Shown here: one piece after another, positions 46,019 through 54,307 of the stretch
Layout of the letters: each line of letters begins with the position of its first letter
Numbering within the stretch: position 1 is the first letter of the stretch
NCBI GenBank assembly: GCA_045638945.1
Contig: JAZUCF010000009.1
Span: 4,588 to 68,587, forward strand
Source of the DNA: Clostridia bacterium
Lineage (GTDB): Bacteria; Bacillota; Clostridia; UMGS1883
Length of the DNA stretch: 64,000 bases
Direction of reading: 5' to 3'
Translations under genes and position numbers: made by a program
The notes under the pieces: model-generated
Database searches by the model: none
Told to the model about the DNA's origin: nothing
The model's input: only the letters and a program-made list of their open reading frames with translations

Positions 46019-46864
46019 ATCCCAAGTATTGGGAACAGGAGCTTCGATAATTATATCTTCACCCGTATGGGGATGTGGAAAGCTTATCTTCCGGCAGTGC
46101 AGGCACATAAATTCTCCGTCTGAATTTCCGTACAGGCTATCCCCATATATGGGACAGCCCATATGGTTCATATGCACTCTTAGCTGATGTGTTCTGCCTG
46201 TGATGGGAATAAGCCTTACAAAAGAATTTTTTCCGTCCGTATTTAAAACCTCATATTTGGTAACGGCTTCTTTTCCCAGAGCCGAAACAATTCGTTTAAT
46301 GGAGTTTTCCTCTTTCTTTATAGGTGCATTTATTTCACCCGCGGTCAATTGGAGAGTTCCATTTACTATTGCAACATATTCCTTCTGAATCTTCCTTTGT
46401 TTCATCAAATCCGTCAGAAGTGCCGCCATATGTGGGTTTTTTGCCACGAGAACAACACCTGTAGTATCCTTATCGAGACGGGTTATTATGTGCGGAGAAC
46501 ATCCCGTGTAATACTTCAGTGCATTTGCTAAGGTATCATTTTTATGGAGTCTTGAAGGATGTGACGGCATGCCGCAGGGCTTATTTACTGCGATTATATC
46601 CTCATCCTCATATAAGGTTTCCAGTGGCAAGCATACACCTTCAACACTGTCTCTTTCGGTCTGGGGCAGAGTTATCACGAGAGTTTGTCCCGTTTTTACA
46701 ACTTGTATTACTTTTGCCGGTTCCCCCTCTAACTTGACACCATCAGGGCTTCTTTTTAATTTAGCAATAAGCGAGCGGGAAATTTGCAGGTGCTTTTCCA
46801 ATATATAATCTATTTTCTTTTCACTGAGACTTTCGTCTATTTTTATTTCTATTTTTTTTACCAT
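46004..46864 (-). CDS. RluA-family 23S rRNA pseudouridine synthase with N-terminal S4 domain
   Basis: ITRLDKDTTGVVLVAK (catalytic Asp motif) and TGRTHQLRVHM. Confidence 0.9.
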   Translation of the reverse strand: MVKKIEIKIDESLSEKKIDYILEKHLQISRSLIAKLKRSPDGVKLEGEPAKVIQVVKTGQTLVITLPQTERDSVEGVCLPLETLYEDEDIIAVNKPCGMPSHPSRLHKNDTLANALKYYTGCSPHIITRLDKDTTGVVLVAKNPHMAALLTDLMKQRKIQKEYVAIVNGTLQLTAGEINAPIKKEENSIKRIVSALGKEAVTKYEVLNTDGKNSFVRLIPITGRTHQLRVHMNHMGCPIYGDSLYGNSDGEFMCLHCRKISFPHPHTGEDIIIEAPVPNTWDKIKA

Positions 46865-47316
46865 AAAATTTTAACCAATCACTAAAAAATTCCGAAGGGC
46901 TCAAAATTAGTATCTCTTTGAGAAAAACCATTTTATTATCCCAGCCCATTTCATGCTGGGTGAGACCTCTATGACTTGAGGGATTATTCATATCTGTCGC
47001 CTTCCATTTTTGTATAATATCATACATTTCACCTTAATTCAACCAATAATTTTACTTGAAATTCATTAGCTGACCAGTTTTTTGTATATGTTGCACAAAA
47101 AATATTTTAAAATAATGTTCGTTTCTTATACTTTGCTTATTGAATTTTTTGTATATTTGAATTATTATATAGGTGTACCGAAAAGGTACTTAAACTTTTT
47201 TCATTTTCCCTCCTTTTAGTGGCAGACGATTCTCCTTGTCTGTCATATTTTTTTTGCCTTTTTTATCATAATGGATATGCCTTCATCATATATTCGTGTT
47301 GTAAGGAGGCAAAGCT

Positions 47317-48843
47317 ATGGAATTAAATATTAAAAATGAAAATCTGAACGTCTGCAGCCAAATATGCCGCAGCAAAAACAATTTCACGACAGAATGTGAG
47401 GTTATCGTTCCCGACTCAAAGCCTGATATCCTGAAGGTTCTTCAGCTTAGTGCACGCCCAAAGGTGACAAGCTGTGAAAGCCGCAGCGGCAGAGTTACGG
47501 TGTCTGGAAGCATCACATTCAACATTTTATATCTTGCAGATGACGAGGAAAAGTGTGTAAAATCCATTACTTCCTCCTGCGAGTTCTCTACGCTGATACG
47601 TGATGACCATATCGGAGAGAATATGTATGTGTTTACCGATGTGGATGTAAGCGACCTTGGCTGCACTATTGCAAACTGTCGAAAGCTTTCGCTTAAGGCA
47701 ACGTTATGTGCAAATGTAAGAGTATATTCCTGTTACGGGATTGATGTGATTACGGATATTGAAGGAGCATGCACGAAAAAAACCACTCTTTCTTCGGGAG
47801 TAATATGCGCTCATGCACAGGATTTAGCCACGATTTGTGACAGTTTCTCCATTTCTCCCGGTAAAAGTCCCATAGAGGAAATTTTAAAATCAGATGCAGT
47901 CATAACAGACAGCAGTCTTAAGATTATTGATGATAAAGCGATTTTAAAAGGCACACTGCGAACAGTAATTCTTTACAGAAGTGAAAGCGGTATCGAATAT
48001 GCACAAACAGACATGTCTTTTGCCCACGTAATGGAATGTGACGGCATTCGGGAGGATATGGACTGCGAGCATACGGTTAAGCTGTGCGATATTTCTGCCA
48101 CAGCGGCAGAGGATACCGACGGCAAGCAATGCATAATTGAGCTTACGAGCGAATTGTTTTTCCGCGTTATCGCACGCAAGACCTACTGTCACCAGTGCAT
48201 AGTTGACGCATATATTCCTCACGGAGCATTGGATACCAAGCACTCTATGGTAAGTGTGGACTGTGTTGATACTCTTATTAAGCGCGATGCAGATTTCCGC
48301 GAAAAAATCACTCTCCCCGATTCTCTCCCTGATATTGAGTCTGTTTATCAGGTGATTGCCCGCCCCTTTACGGAAAGCTGTATTACAGAGGGCGAGAAGC
48401 TTCGTGTTTCGGGATATACAGAAGTATATATTCTCTATCTCAGCCGTGATAAGACGCTTCCTGCATGCAGTTTTAAGACGGACATTGATTTTTCCGTACT
48501 GTGCGACAGCCCCGGATGTATGCTGACGCCATATGCAGACTGCAAACTGAATAATATAAGCTACACCATCACAAATGAAAACAGCGTGGAAATACGCGGC
48601 AGTGTGGATGTAGCCATTGAATGTATACGCACCACCGAGGAAGAAATTATTTACAATGTACAGGAGGCAGAATATGAGGCTGACGCGCGCCCCTCAATTA
48701 TTGTTTCTTTTGTAAATAGCGGAAGGACGCTTTGGGATATAGCAAAGGAATACCTGGTAAGCCCCGAAGATATTTTAATTGCAAACGCACTTGAGAATGA
48801 AGCTTCAATTCTGCCGAGTATGGCACTTATAATTCCAAAATAA
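47317..48843 (+). CDS. DUF3794 (SPOCS) repeat protein with C-terminal LysM domain
   Basis: Repeated beta-rich modules (VIVPDSKPDILKVL, LPDSLPDIESVYQV). The C-terminal LysM segment reads GRTLWDIAKEYLVSPEDILIANAL. AGGAGG SD present. Confidence 0.8.
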   Translation: MELNIKNENLNVCSQICRSKNNFTTECEVIVPDSKPDILKVLQLSARPKVTSCESRSGRVTVSGSITFNILYLADDEEKCVKSITSSCEFSTLIRDDHIGENMYVFTDVDVSDLGCTIANCRKLSLKATLCANVRVYSCYGIDVITDIEGACTKKTTLSSGVICAHAQDLATICDSFSISPGKSPIEEILKSDAVITDSSLKIIDDKAILKGTLRTVILYRSESGIEYAQTDMSFAHVMECDGIREDMDCEHTVKLCDISATAAEDTDGKQCIIELTSELFFRVIARKTYCHQCIVDAYIPHGALDTKHSMVSVDCVDTLIKRDADFREKITLPDSLPDIESVYQVIARPFTESCITEGEKLRVSGYTEVYILYLSRDKTLPACSFKTDIDFSVLCDSPGCMLTPYADCKLNNISYTITNENSVEIRGSVDVAIECIRTTEEEIIYNVQEAEYEADARPSIIVSFVNSGRTLWDIAKEYLVSPEDILIANALENEASILPSMALIIPK

Positions 48844-48848
48844 TAGTA

Positions 48849-48890
48849 ATGGGGTGTAAAAAAAGTACGTCTTTTTTTACACCCCATTTT
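48849..48890 (+). terminator. Rho-independent terminator
   Basis: ATGGGGTGTAAAAAAAG-tacgt-CTTTTTTTACACCCCAT followed by TTT. Confidence 0.85.
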
Positions 48891-48944
48891 TAAGGGGATA
48901 GGAAAAAGTCTTTTTGCGGTCTGGGCTTTTTTTTACATTCCCTT

Positions 48945-49715
48945 TCATATATTCTTTCGCATACTGCTGATGGCACTTTTCTCAAGCCGTGATACCTGCG
49001 CCTGACTTATTCCCACTTCCTCGGCAACCTCTGTTTGCGTTTTCCCACGGAAAAACCGCATTATTATAATCATTTTCTCTCTGTCGGAAAGCTTATCCAT
49101 TGCTTCACGCAGGGATATTTTTTCAATCCACGCTTCGTCAATATTTTTCTTGTCCGATACCTGATCCATGACATAAACTGCATCTCCTCCGTCGTGGTAG
49201 ACAGGCTCAAAAAGCGAAATAGGCTCCTGTATGGCATCAAGCGCCATGGTTACTTCTTCGGGGGTGGAGTCGATAGCCTTGGCTATTTCGGCACATGTAG
49301 GCTCTTTATTGTTATCGTGTATCATCTTTTCACGCACGCAGAGTGCCTTGTATGCAATATCACGAAGCGAGCGTGAAACCCTTACGGCGTTATTATCCCT
49401 CAGGTATCGGCGAATTTCGCCTATAATCATCGGCACGGCATAGGTAGAGAACTGTACATCTAACTCCGTGTTAAAGTTATCGATTGATTTTATCAGCCCT
49501 ATACATCCCACCTGAAAGAGGTCATCAACATTTTCTCCCCTGTTATTAAATCTTCCTATAACGCTGAGGACAAGCCTCAGATTGCCTCTGATAAAGGTTT
49601 CGCGGGCTTCCTTATCCCCTTTTTTTATCTTCTCGAAAAGCTCTTTTTTCTCCTGTGCAGTAAGTGTGGGCAGCTTTGAAGTATTAACTCCGCAGATTTC
49701 AACTTTACTTATCAT
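48945..49715 (-). CDS. sigG: sporulation (forespore) sigma factor SigG
   Basis: Nearly colinear with B. subtilis SigG as I recall it: KVEICGV.TSKLP, GNLRLVLSVI.RFNNRGE.VDDLFQVGCIGL.KSIDNF, FSTYAVPMIIGEIRRYLRDNN, RVSRSLRDIAYKAL, GISQAQVSRLEK. Confidence 0.9.
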   Translation of the reverse strand: MISKVEICGVNTSKLPTLTAQEKKELFEKIKKGDKEARETFIRGNLRLVLSVIGRFNNRGENVDDLFQVGCIGLIKSIDNFNTELDVQFSTYAVPMIIGEIRRYLRDNNAVRVSRSLRDIAYKALCVREKMIHDNNKEPTCAEIAKAIDSTPEEVTMALDAIQEPISLFEPVYHDGGDAVYVMDQVSDKKNIDEAWIEKISLREAMDKLSDREKMIIIMRFFRGKTQTEVAEEVGISQAQVSRLEKSAISSMRKNI

Positions 49716-49769
49716 AAAAAGCCTCCTGGGGAAAAATTTAGTACAAAATCATCTTTCCCCCGAAGGCTC
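49716..49769 (-). terminator. pgi terminator-like hairpin whose 3' arm contains the sigG Shine-Dalgarno
   Basis: Minus sense reads GAGCCTTCGGGG-(26 nt)-CCCCAGGAGGCTT followed by TTTATG(sigG). This gives 12 pairs with one bulged A. AGGAGG lies inside the stem. Confidence 0.5.
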
Positions 49770-49779
49770 TTTTTTATTC
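49750..49779 (-). promoter_or_regulatory. candidate forespore (sigma-F/G-type) promoter of sigG
   Basis: Minus sense reads GAATA (49779-49775), 16 nt spacer, GGAAAGATG (49758-49750). This fits GHATR / GGHRARHTX as I recall those consensus sequences. Confidence 0.35.
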
Positions 49780-49796
49780 AACTTATACTGTCTAAA

Positions 49797-51137
49797 TTAT
49801 CCATTAAGTCTTGCCAAAAGCTCTGCCTGCTGCATCTCATAGCCGGGCTTACCCAAAAGGGCAAACATATTCTTCTTATATGCTTCAACACCGGGCTGGT
49901 CAAAGGGATTTACTCCCAGTACATAGCCGCTGATTCCACAAGCCTTTTCAAAGAAGTAGATAAGATTTCCAAGACAGTACTCATCCATCTTTTCAACCCT
50001 TAAAATAAGGTTGGGAACATCTCCGTCCGTATGAGCAAGAAGCGTTCCGTTGAATGCCTGCTCGTTAACGTAGCTGAGGTTCTTTCCTGCAAGGAAATTA
50101 AGACCGTCTACATTATCCCTATCCTCCTTGATAACAATGTCCTTACGTGCATTGTCAAAGAAGATAACCGTTTCAAACATCATACGAAGTCCCTGCTGGA
50201 TATACTGCCCCATAGAGTGAAGGTCTGCGGAGAAATCAACCGCTGCGGGGAAAACACCCTTATTTTCCTTACCCTCGCTCTCGCCGAAGAGCTGCTTCCA
50301 CCATTCTGCGAAATAGTGAACCTGAGGCTCGTAATTTACCATAATTTCAATATTCTTACCCTTGCGGTAAAGAGCATTTCTTGCGGCTACATATTTATAG
50401 CAATCGTTTTCATCAAGATTGGGATTTGCGTATTCTTTCATGGCATCGTACGCACCCTGCATCAGTGCATCAATGTCGGCACCGCTTGCCGCAATGGGAA
50501 GAAGACCTACAGCTGTAAGAACACTGTAGCGTCCGCCTACATTATCGGGAACAACAAATGTTTCATAGCCCTCTTCATCGGCAAGATTCTTAAGAGCACC
50601 CTTCTCCTTGTCTGTTGTGGCAAAGATTCTTTCCTTTGCACCTTCTTTTCCGTACTTTTCAATAAGAAGCTCACGAAAAACACGGAATGCAATCGCAGGC
50701 TCTGTTGTAGTACCGCTCTTTGAAATAATATTTACTGAGAAATCCATATCCTTAACTGTTTCAATAAGGTCGGCAAGGTAAGTAGAGCTGATTGAATTTC
50801 CCGCAAAGAAAATTCTTACGCCCTTTTTATTAATTTCGGGGAAATTGTTGTGAAGCATCTCCACAGCCATTCTCGCACCAAGGTAGCTTCCGCCAATACC
50901 TATAACAATAAGTGCCTCAGAATTGCTCTTAATCTTTTCTGCCGCCTTTTTAATGCGTGTAAATTCTTCCTTATCATAATTTTCGGGAAGATTCACCCAT
51001 CCTAAGAAATCACTTCCTCTGCCTGTTCCATTGTGAAGTGTATCATGTGCCGCCTTAACAGCACCTTCAAGTGCACCTATTTCTTCCTTTGAAATAAATT
51101 TTTCTGCTTTCGTATAGTCAAATCTGATCTTTGTCAT
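49797..51137 (-). CDS. pgi: glucose-6-phosphate isomerase
   Basis: 446 aa Gram-positive-type PGI with [21 protein letters not shown] and [14 protein letters not shown]. Confidence 0.97.
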   Translation of the reverse strand: MTKIRFDYTKAEKFISKEEIGALEGAVKAAHDTLHNGTGRGSDFLGWVNLPENYDKEEFTRIKKAAEKIKSNSEALIVIGIGGSYLGARMAVEMLHNNFPEINKKGVRIFFAGNSISSTYLADLIETVKDMDFSVNIISKSGTTTEPAIAFRVFRELLIEKYGKEGAKERIFATTDKEKGALKNLADEEGYETFVVPDNVGGRYSVLTAVGLLPIAASGADIDALMQGAYDAMKEYANPNLDENDCYKYVAARNALYRKGKNIEIMVNYEPQVHYFAEWWKQLFGESEGKENKGVFPAAVDFSADLHSMGQYIQQGLRMMFETVIFFDNARKDIVIKEDRDNVDGLNFLAGKNLSYVNEQAFNGTLLAHTDGDVPNLILRVEKMDEYCLGNLIYFFEKACGISGYVLGVNPFDQPGVEAYKKNMFALLGKPGYEMQQAELLARLNG

Positions 51138-51218
51138 TTTTCTTTACTCCTTATTCCCCATATCCATTCGGATTATTACTCTGCCATCTCCATGCATAGG
51201 CACATATGTACCTATGAT

Positions 51219-51247
51219 ATTTTATACCAATTAAGGCGGTATGTCAA
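51219..51247 (-). promoter_or_regulatory. candidate sigma-A promoter of pgi
   Basis: Minus sense reads TTGACA (51247-51242), 17 nt spacer, TAAAAT (51224-51219). It lies about 75 nt upstream of the start codon. Confidence 0.45.
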
Positions 51248-51543
51248 GAAAAAGAAAGCCCTGTTTTCTTTCTTTTTTAAGCAAACTTCATATAAAAACA
51301 TCTTTCTGTTTAACATACCTTTTCATAGTATGTCAAAGCGGACACCTTTATGTCATTTTATTACTTTATCTTCCCCTCTGACATATTTTTTTAACATCTT
51401 TAACATTTCGACATTTTTTTGTTATTCCCTTTTCAAACATAGCAATAATAATTTTAACAAAATTATTATGTAAACCATTTTTTAGCCTTAAATACGCCTT
51501 TTGGCTTTTTCACAGAATTTAAAAAAAGCACTGTGAAATTCTG

Positions 51544-51604
51544 TTGAAACTGTTAATAACTCTTGTTAATAACATAATATTCGGGTTTGAAACTGTTAAT
51601 AACT
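51544..51604. repeat. 18-nt perfect direct repeat x2 plus a third core copy
   Basis: TTGAAACTGTTAATAACT occurs at 51544-51561 and 51587-51604. The core TGTTAATAAC also occurs at 51564-51573. GTTA-N-TAAC is palindromic. Confidence 0.85.
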
Positions 51605-51630
51605 TCCTTCAACCAAGAAAATCCCTTCAT

Positions 51631-51660
51631 TTATTATGTAACCTTGGGTTTACATAATAA
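51631..51660. repeat. 11-bp perfect inverted repeat
   Basis: TTATTATGTAA-ccttggg t-TTACATAATAA. A further copy, TTATTATGTAAACC, lies at 51464-51477. Confidence 0.8.
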
Positions 51661-51757
51661 AATAATAAGTTTTTAATTATTGAAACCTTAATTATTACAG
51701 ATTTCGACAGCAAAATACGACAACACTGCGTCTAATTCAAAAAAAATGGTTGTTTTT

Positions 51758-51885
51758 CAACTATTGGGGTGAGATTCTTCAGTAGTAAGCTCCATCAGAA
51801 TGACAAACAAAGCACTTTTTAGCTAATTAAGCTTCTTCTTTGTCATTCCGAGTGCAAATGAGGATTCTCTTCACCCCAATAGTTG
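51758..51885. repeat. 128-bp composite palindromic element (two inverted ~50-nt copies)
   Basis: Outer arms are CAACTATTGGGGTGA (51758-51772) and TCACCCCAATAGTTG (51871-51885). Inner arms are GAATGACAAA (51798-51807) and TTTGTCATTC (51839-51848). Confidence 0.8.
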
Positions 51886-51895
51886 TTACAGAACC

Positions 51896-51946
51896 AAAAA
51901 AATGAGGCTTTAGCAAAACTTATTGTTTCTTTTGCTAAAGCCTCAT
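51896..51946 (-). terminator. Rho-independent terminator of the paaK-ior-ACT operon
   Basis: Minus sense reads ATGAGGCTTTAGCAAAA-loop-TTTTGCTAAAGCCTCAT followed by TTTTTTT. Confidence 0.88.
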
Positions 51947-51959
51947 CTAAAAACTTATT

Positions 51960-52400
51960 TTACAGGGAATCAATATCAGCCTGGCTTACAAGCTTAACGC
52001 CCTTTTCGGTAAGAATCTTTGCCGCTTTTTCGTTATCCTCTACTCTTAAAACAACATAAGCGTGCTTTCCTGAAATTGTAATGAAAGCATAAAGATACTC
52101 AACATTGATATTGTTTTCACTCATAAGCTCAAGCACTTCGGAAAGTCCTCCTGCAACATCAGGAATCTCTACACCGATAACCTTTGTCACGGAAACCACA
52201 CATTCACTCTCGCTGAGAGCTTCCTTTGCCTTTTCAACATCACTTACAATAAGACGAAGGATTCCAAATTCCTGCGTATCCGCTACGCTGAGAGCACGGA
52301 TGCTTACGCCTGCCTTTGCAATGCTCTTTGTAATCTCAGCAACTGTACCCGCTTTGTTTTCAACAAAAATTGATAACTGGTTAATTGTCATCTTCCCCAC
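51960..52400 (-). CDS. ACT domain-containing protein (two ACT repeats)
   Basis: 146 aa. The segments LSIFVENKAGTVAEITKSIAKAGVSIRALSVA and GLSEVLELMSENNINVEYLYAF form tandem ACT folds. Confidence 0.85.
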   Translation of the reverse strand: MGKMTINQLSIFVENKAGTVAEITKSIAKAGVSIRALSVADTQEFGILRLIVSDVEKAKEALSESECVVSVTKVIGVEIPDVAGGLSEVLELMSENNINVEYLYAFITISGKHAYVVLRVEDNEKAAKILTEKGVKLVSQADIDSL

Positions 52401-52406
52401 TCCTTC

Positions 52407-53723
52407 TTAGTTATTATAAAGTTTTCTTCTATCAATTACTCTGACTGCCTTGCCCTCGCTTCTCACAATAGACTTGGGCTCTACGATCTTTACAACCGCA
52501 AAAATACCAATCATGGATTTAAGTGCCTCAGTAATTTCCCTTTCAATCTTTGAAAGCTCATTAATCTTATCGGAGAAAAGCTCGGGAGTCATTTCAACTC
52601 TTACTTCGATTGTGTCACTGGTCTTTTCGCGGTCTACTATAATCTGATAGTTACTTGTAAGACCTTTAGCAAGAAGAACCTCCTCAATCTGCGACGGGAA
52701 TACATTTACACCCTTGACAATAAGCATATCATCACTTCTGCCCATGGGCTTTGCCATCTTGACATGAGTTCTTCCGCAGGAGCATTTTTCCCTTGAAAGG
52801 ACACATATATCCTTTGTGCGATAGCGAATCATAGGGAATGCTTCCTTTGTGATACAAGTAAATACAAGTTCACCCTTTTCACCTTCGGGAAGCACCTCTC
52901 CCGTCTTGGGGTCTATAATTTCCGCAATGAAATGGTCCTCATTTACGTGCATGCCTTTCTGTGCACTGCATTCAAAAGCAACACCGGGACCGCAGATTTC
53001 CGTAAGTCCGTAAATGTCGTAAGCCTTGATTCCAAGTCTCTTTTCAATGTCCTTACGCATTTCCTCTGTCCATGCTTCTGCACCGAAAATGCCGGCTTTC
53101 AGCTTAACGTTATCTTTAATTCCTCTTTCCTCAATGCTTTCAGCAAGGTACTGAGCATATGAGGGAGTACAGCAGATAATTGTAGCCTCCAAATCGCACA
53201 TAAACTGAAGCTGACGCTCGGTATTTCCCGATGACATGGGAAGTGTAAGGCATCCTACCTTATGCGAGCCGCCGTTAAGACCGGGACCTCCGGTGAAAAG
53301 GCCGTAGCCGTAGCAAACCTGGCATACATCCTCTTTTGTTCCGCCTGCCGCAACGATTGCTCTTGCACAGCAATCCTCCCAGAGGTTAATATCGTTTTGG
53401 GTATAGAATGCAACTACCCTCTTACCTGTTGTTCCGCTTGTGGACTGAATACGCACACACTCGGAGAGGGGTTTTGACATAAGTCCGTAGGGATATGCCT
53501 CTCTAAGGTCATCTTTCGTAAGGAAAGGAAGCTTGTGAAGGTCATCCACACCCTTGATATCATCAGGGGTTACTCCTTTTTCATCCATAAGCTTTCTGTA
53601 GTATTTATTATTCTCATAAACGTGCTTAACGGTTTTTACAAGTCTTTCACTCTGCCACGCTCTGATTTGCTCATGGCTGGCAGTTTCAATTTCTTTCTGA
53701 TAATAATTCTCCATTTTTACCAC
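52407..53723 (-). CDS. paaK: phenylacetate-CoA ligase family (PaaK-like) adenylate-forming enzyme, copy 2
   Basis: STSGTTGKRVV AMP-binding motif, YGLTE and KG(V)NVFPSQIE. 438 aa. Confidence 0.88.
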   Translation of the reverse strand: MVKMENYYQKEIETASHEQIRAWQSERLVKTVKHVYENNKYYRKLMDEKGVTPDDIKGVDDLHKLPFLTKDDLREAYPYGLMSKPLSECVRIQSTSGTTGKRVVAFYTQNDINLWEDCCARAIVAAGGTKEDVCQVCYGYGLFTGGPGLNGGSHKVGCLTLPMSSGNTERQLQFMCDLEATIICCTPSYAQYLAESIEERGIKDNVKLKAGIFGAEAWTEEMRKDIEKRLGIKAYDIYGLTEICGPGVAFECSAQKGMHVNEDHFIAEIIDPKTGEVLPEGEKGELVFTCITKEAFPMIRYRTKDICVLSREKCSCGRTHVKMAKPMGRSDDMLIVKGVNVFPSQIEEVLLAKGLTSNYQIIVDREKTSDTIEVRVEMTPELFSDKINELSKIEREITEALKSMIGIFAVVKIVEPKSIVRSEGKAVRVIDRRKLYNN

Positions 53724-53734
53724 TCCCTTTTAAA

Positions 53735-54307
53735 TCAGTGGTTGTAGCCAAGCTCAAAAGCTTTCTTGTTAAGTTCTACAAACTTGGGGGCAACCGTTTT
53801 TTCAATAGCCTGTATCCATTTGTCGTAGCTGATATCAAAATATTTTGCAAGGCGAGCCATAAGGACGATATTTACTGCCTTAGAGCTACCTGCTTCATTT
53901 GCAAGAGAAAGAGCGTCAAGAGCATCTACAAACGCACCCTTTTCTCCGATTTTATCAAGAGCATCCGCAGGATACTTAGCTGCACCTATAATTACGGGCA
54001 TGGGGTCAATCTGCTGAGTATTAACAATTATCTTGCCGTCTTTCTTAAGGCAGGAGAGCCATCTTGCCGCTTCAATTTTTTCAAAAGAAACGATAAAGTC
54101 AGCCTCGCCTTCTTCGATAATGGGAGAGTAAACCTTTTCTCCATAGCGTACATATGTAACAACGCTTCCTCCGCGCTGACTCATACCATGCACCTCGGAA
54201 ACCTTTACGTCATAGCCCTCATCAACCAAGAGTCTTCCTAAAAGCTTACTTGCAAGGAGGCTTCCCTGTCCGCCTACGCCCACAATCATAATATTCTTAG
54301 TTTCCAT
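53735..54307 (-). CDS. iorB: indolepyruvate:ferredoxin oxidoreductase subunit beta
   Basis: 190 aa with VGVGGQGSLLASK (POR gamma-type fold). Its start overlaps the iorA stop (TAATG). Confidence 0.9.
   Translation of the reverse strand: METKNIMIVGVGGQGSLLASKLLGRLLVDEGYDVKVSEVHGMSQRGGSVVTYVRYGEKVYSPIIEEGEADFIVSFEKIEAARWLSCLKKDGKIIVNTQQIDPMPVIIGAAKYPADALDKIGEKGAFVDALDALSLANEAGSSKAVNIVLMARLAKYFDISYDKWIQAIEKTVAPKFVELNKKAFELGYNH

Noticed and set aside
46821-47027. A 68-aa minus-strand ORF overlapping the start of the RluA-family gene.
   Set aside because: It overlaps the downstream gene by 44 nt in another frame. Its SD spacing (AAGGTGAA-ATG) is marginal and no family is recognisable. It may be a relic, but I cannot support it as a gene.
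51249-51278. An AAAAAGAAAG...CTTTCTTTTT hairpin upstream of the pgi -35, considered as a terminator insulating pgi.
   Set aside because: The stem is almost entirely A-T (only 2 G-C pairs) and predicted to be very weak. Similar complementarity arises easily in AT-rich DNA.
51192-51473. A 93-aa plus-strand ORF in the pgi upstream spacer.
   Set aside because: The translation is AT-rich and low-complexity (runs of F/K/N/I). It has no SD and overlaps the predicted pgi promoter. It is more likely non-coding.
51449-51476. A possible chromosome dimer resolution (dif) site, because of TTATGTAAACC.
   Set aside because: Only the XerD-like arm matches. The putative XerC arm (TAATTTTAACA) and the spacer do not fit the Firmicutes consensus. 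The other copies have the wrong spacing or orientation. The locus also sits beside the ribosomal protein cluster, which is usually origin-proximal.
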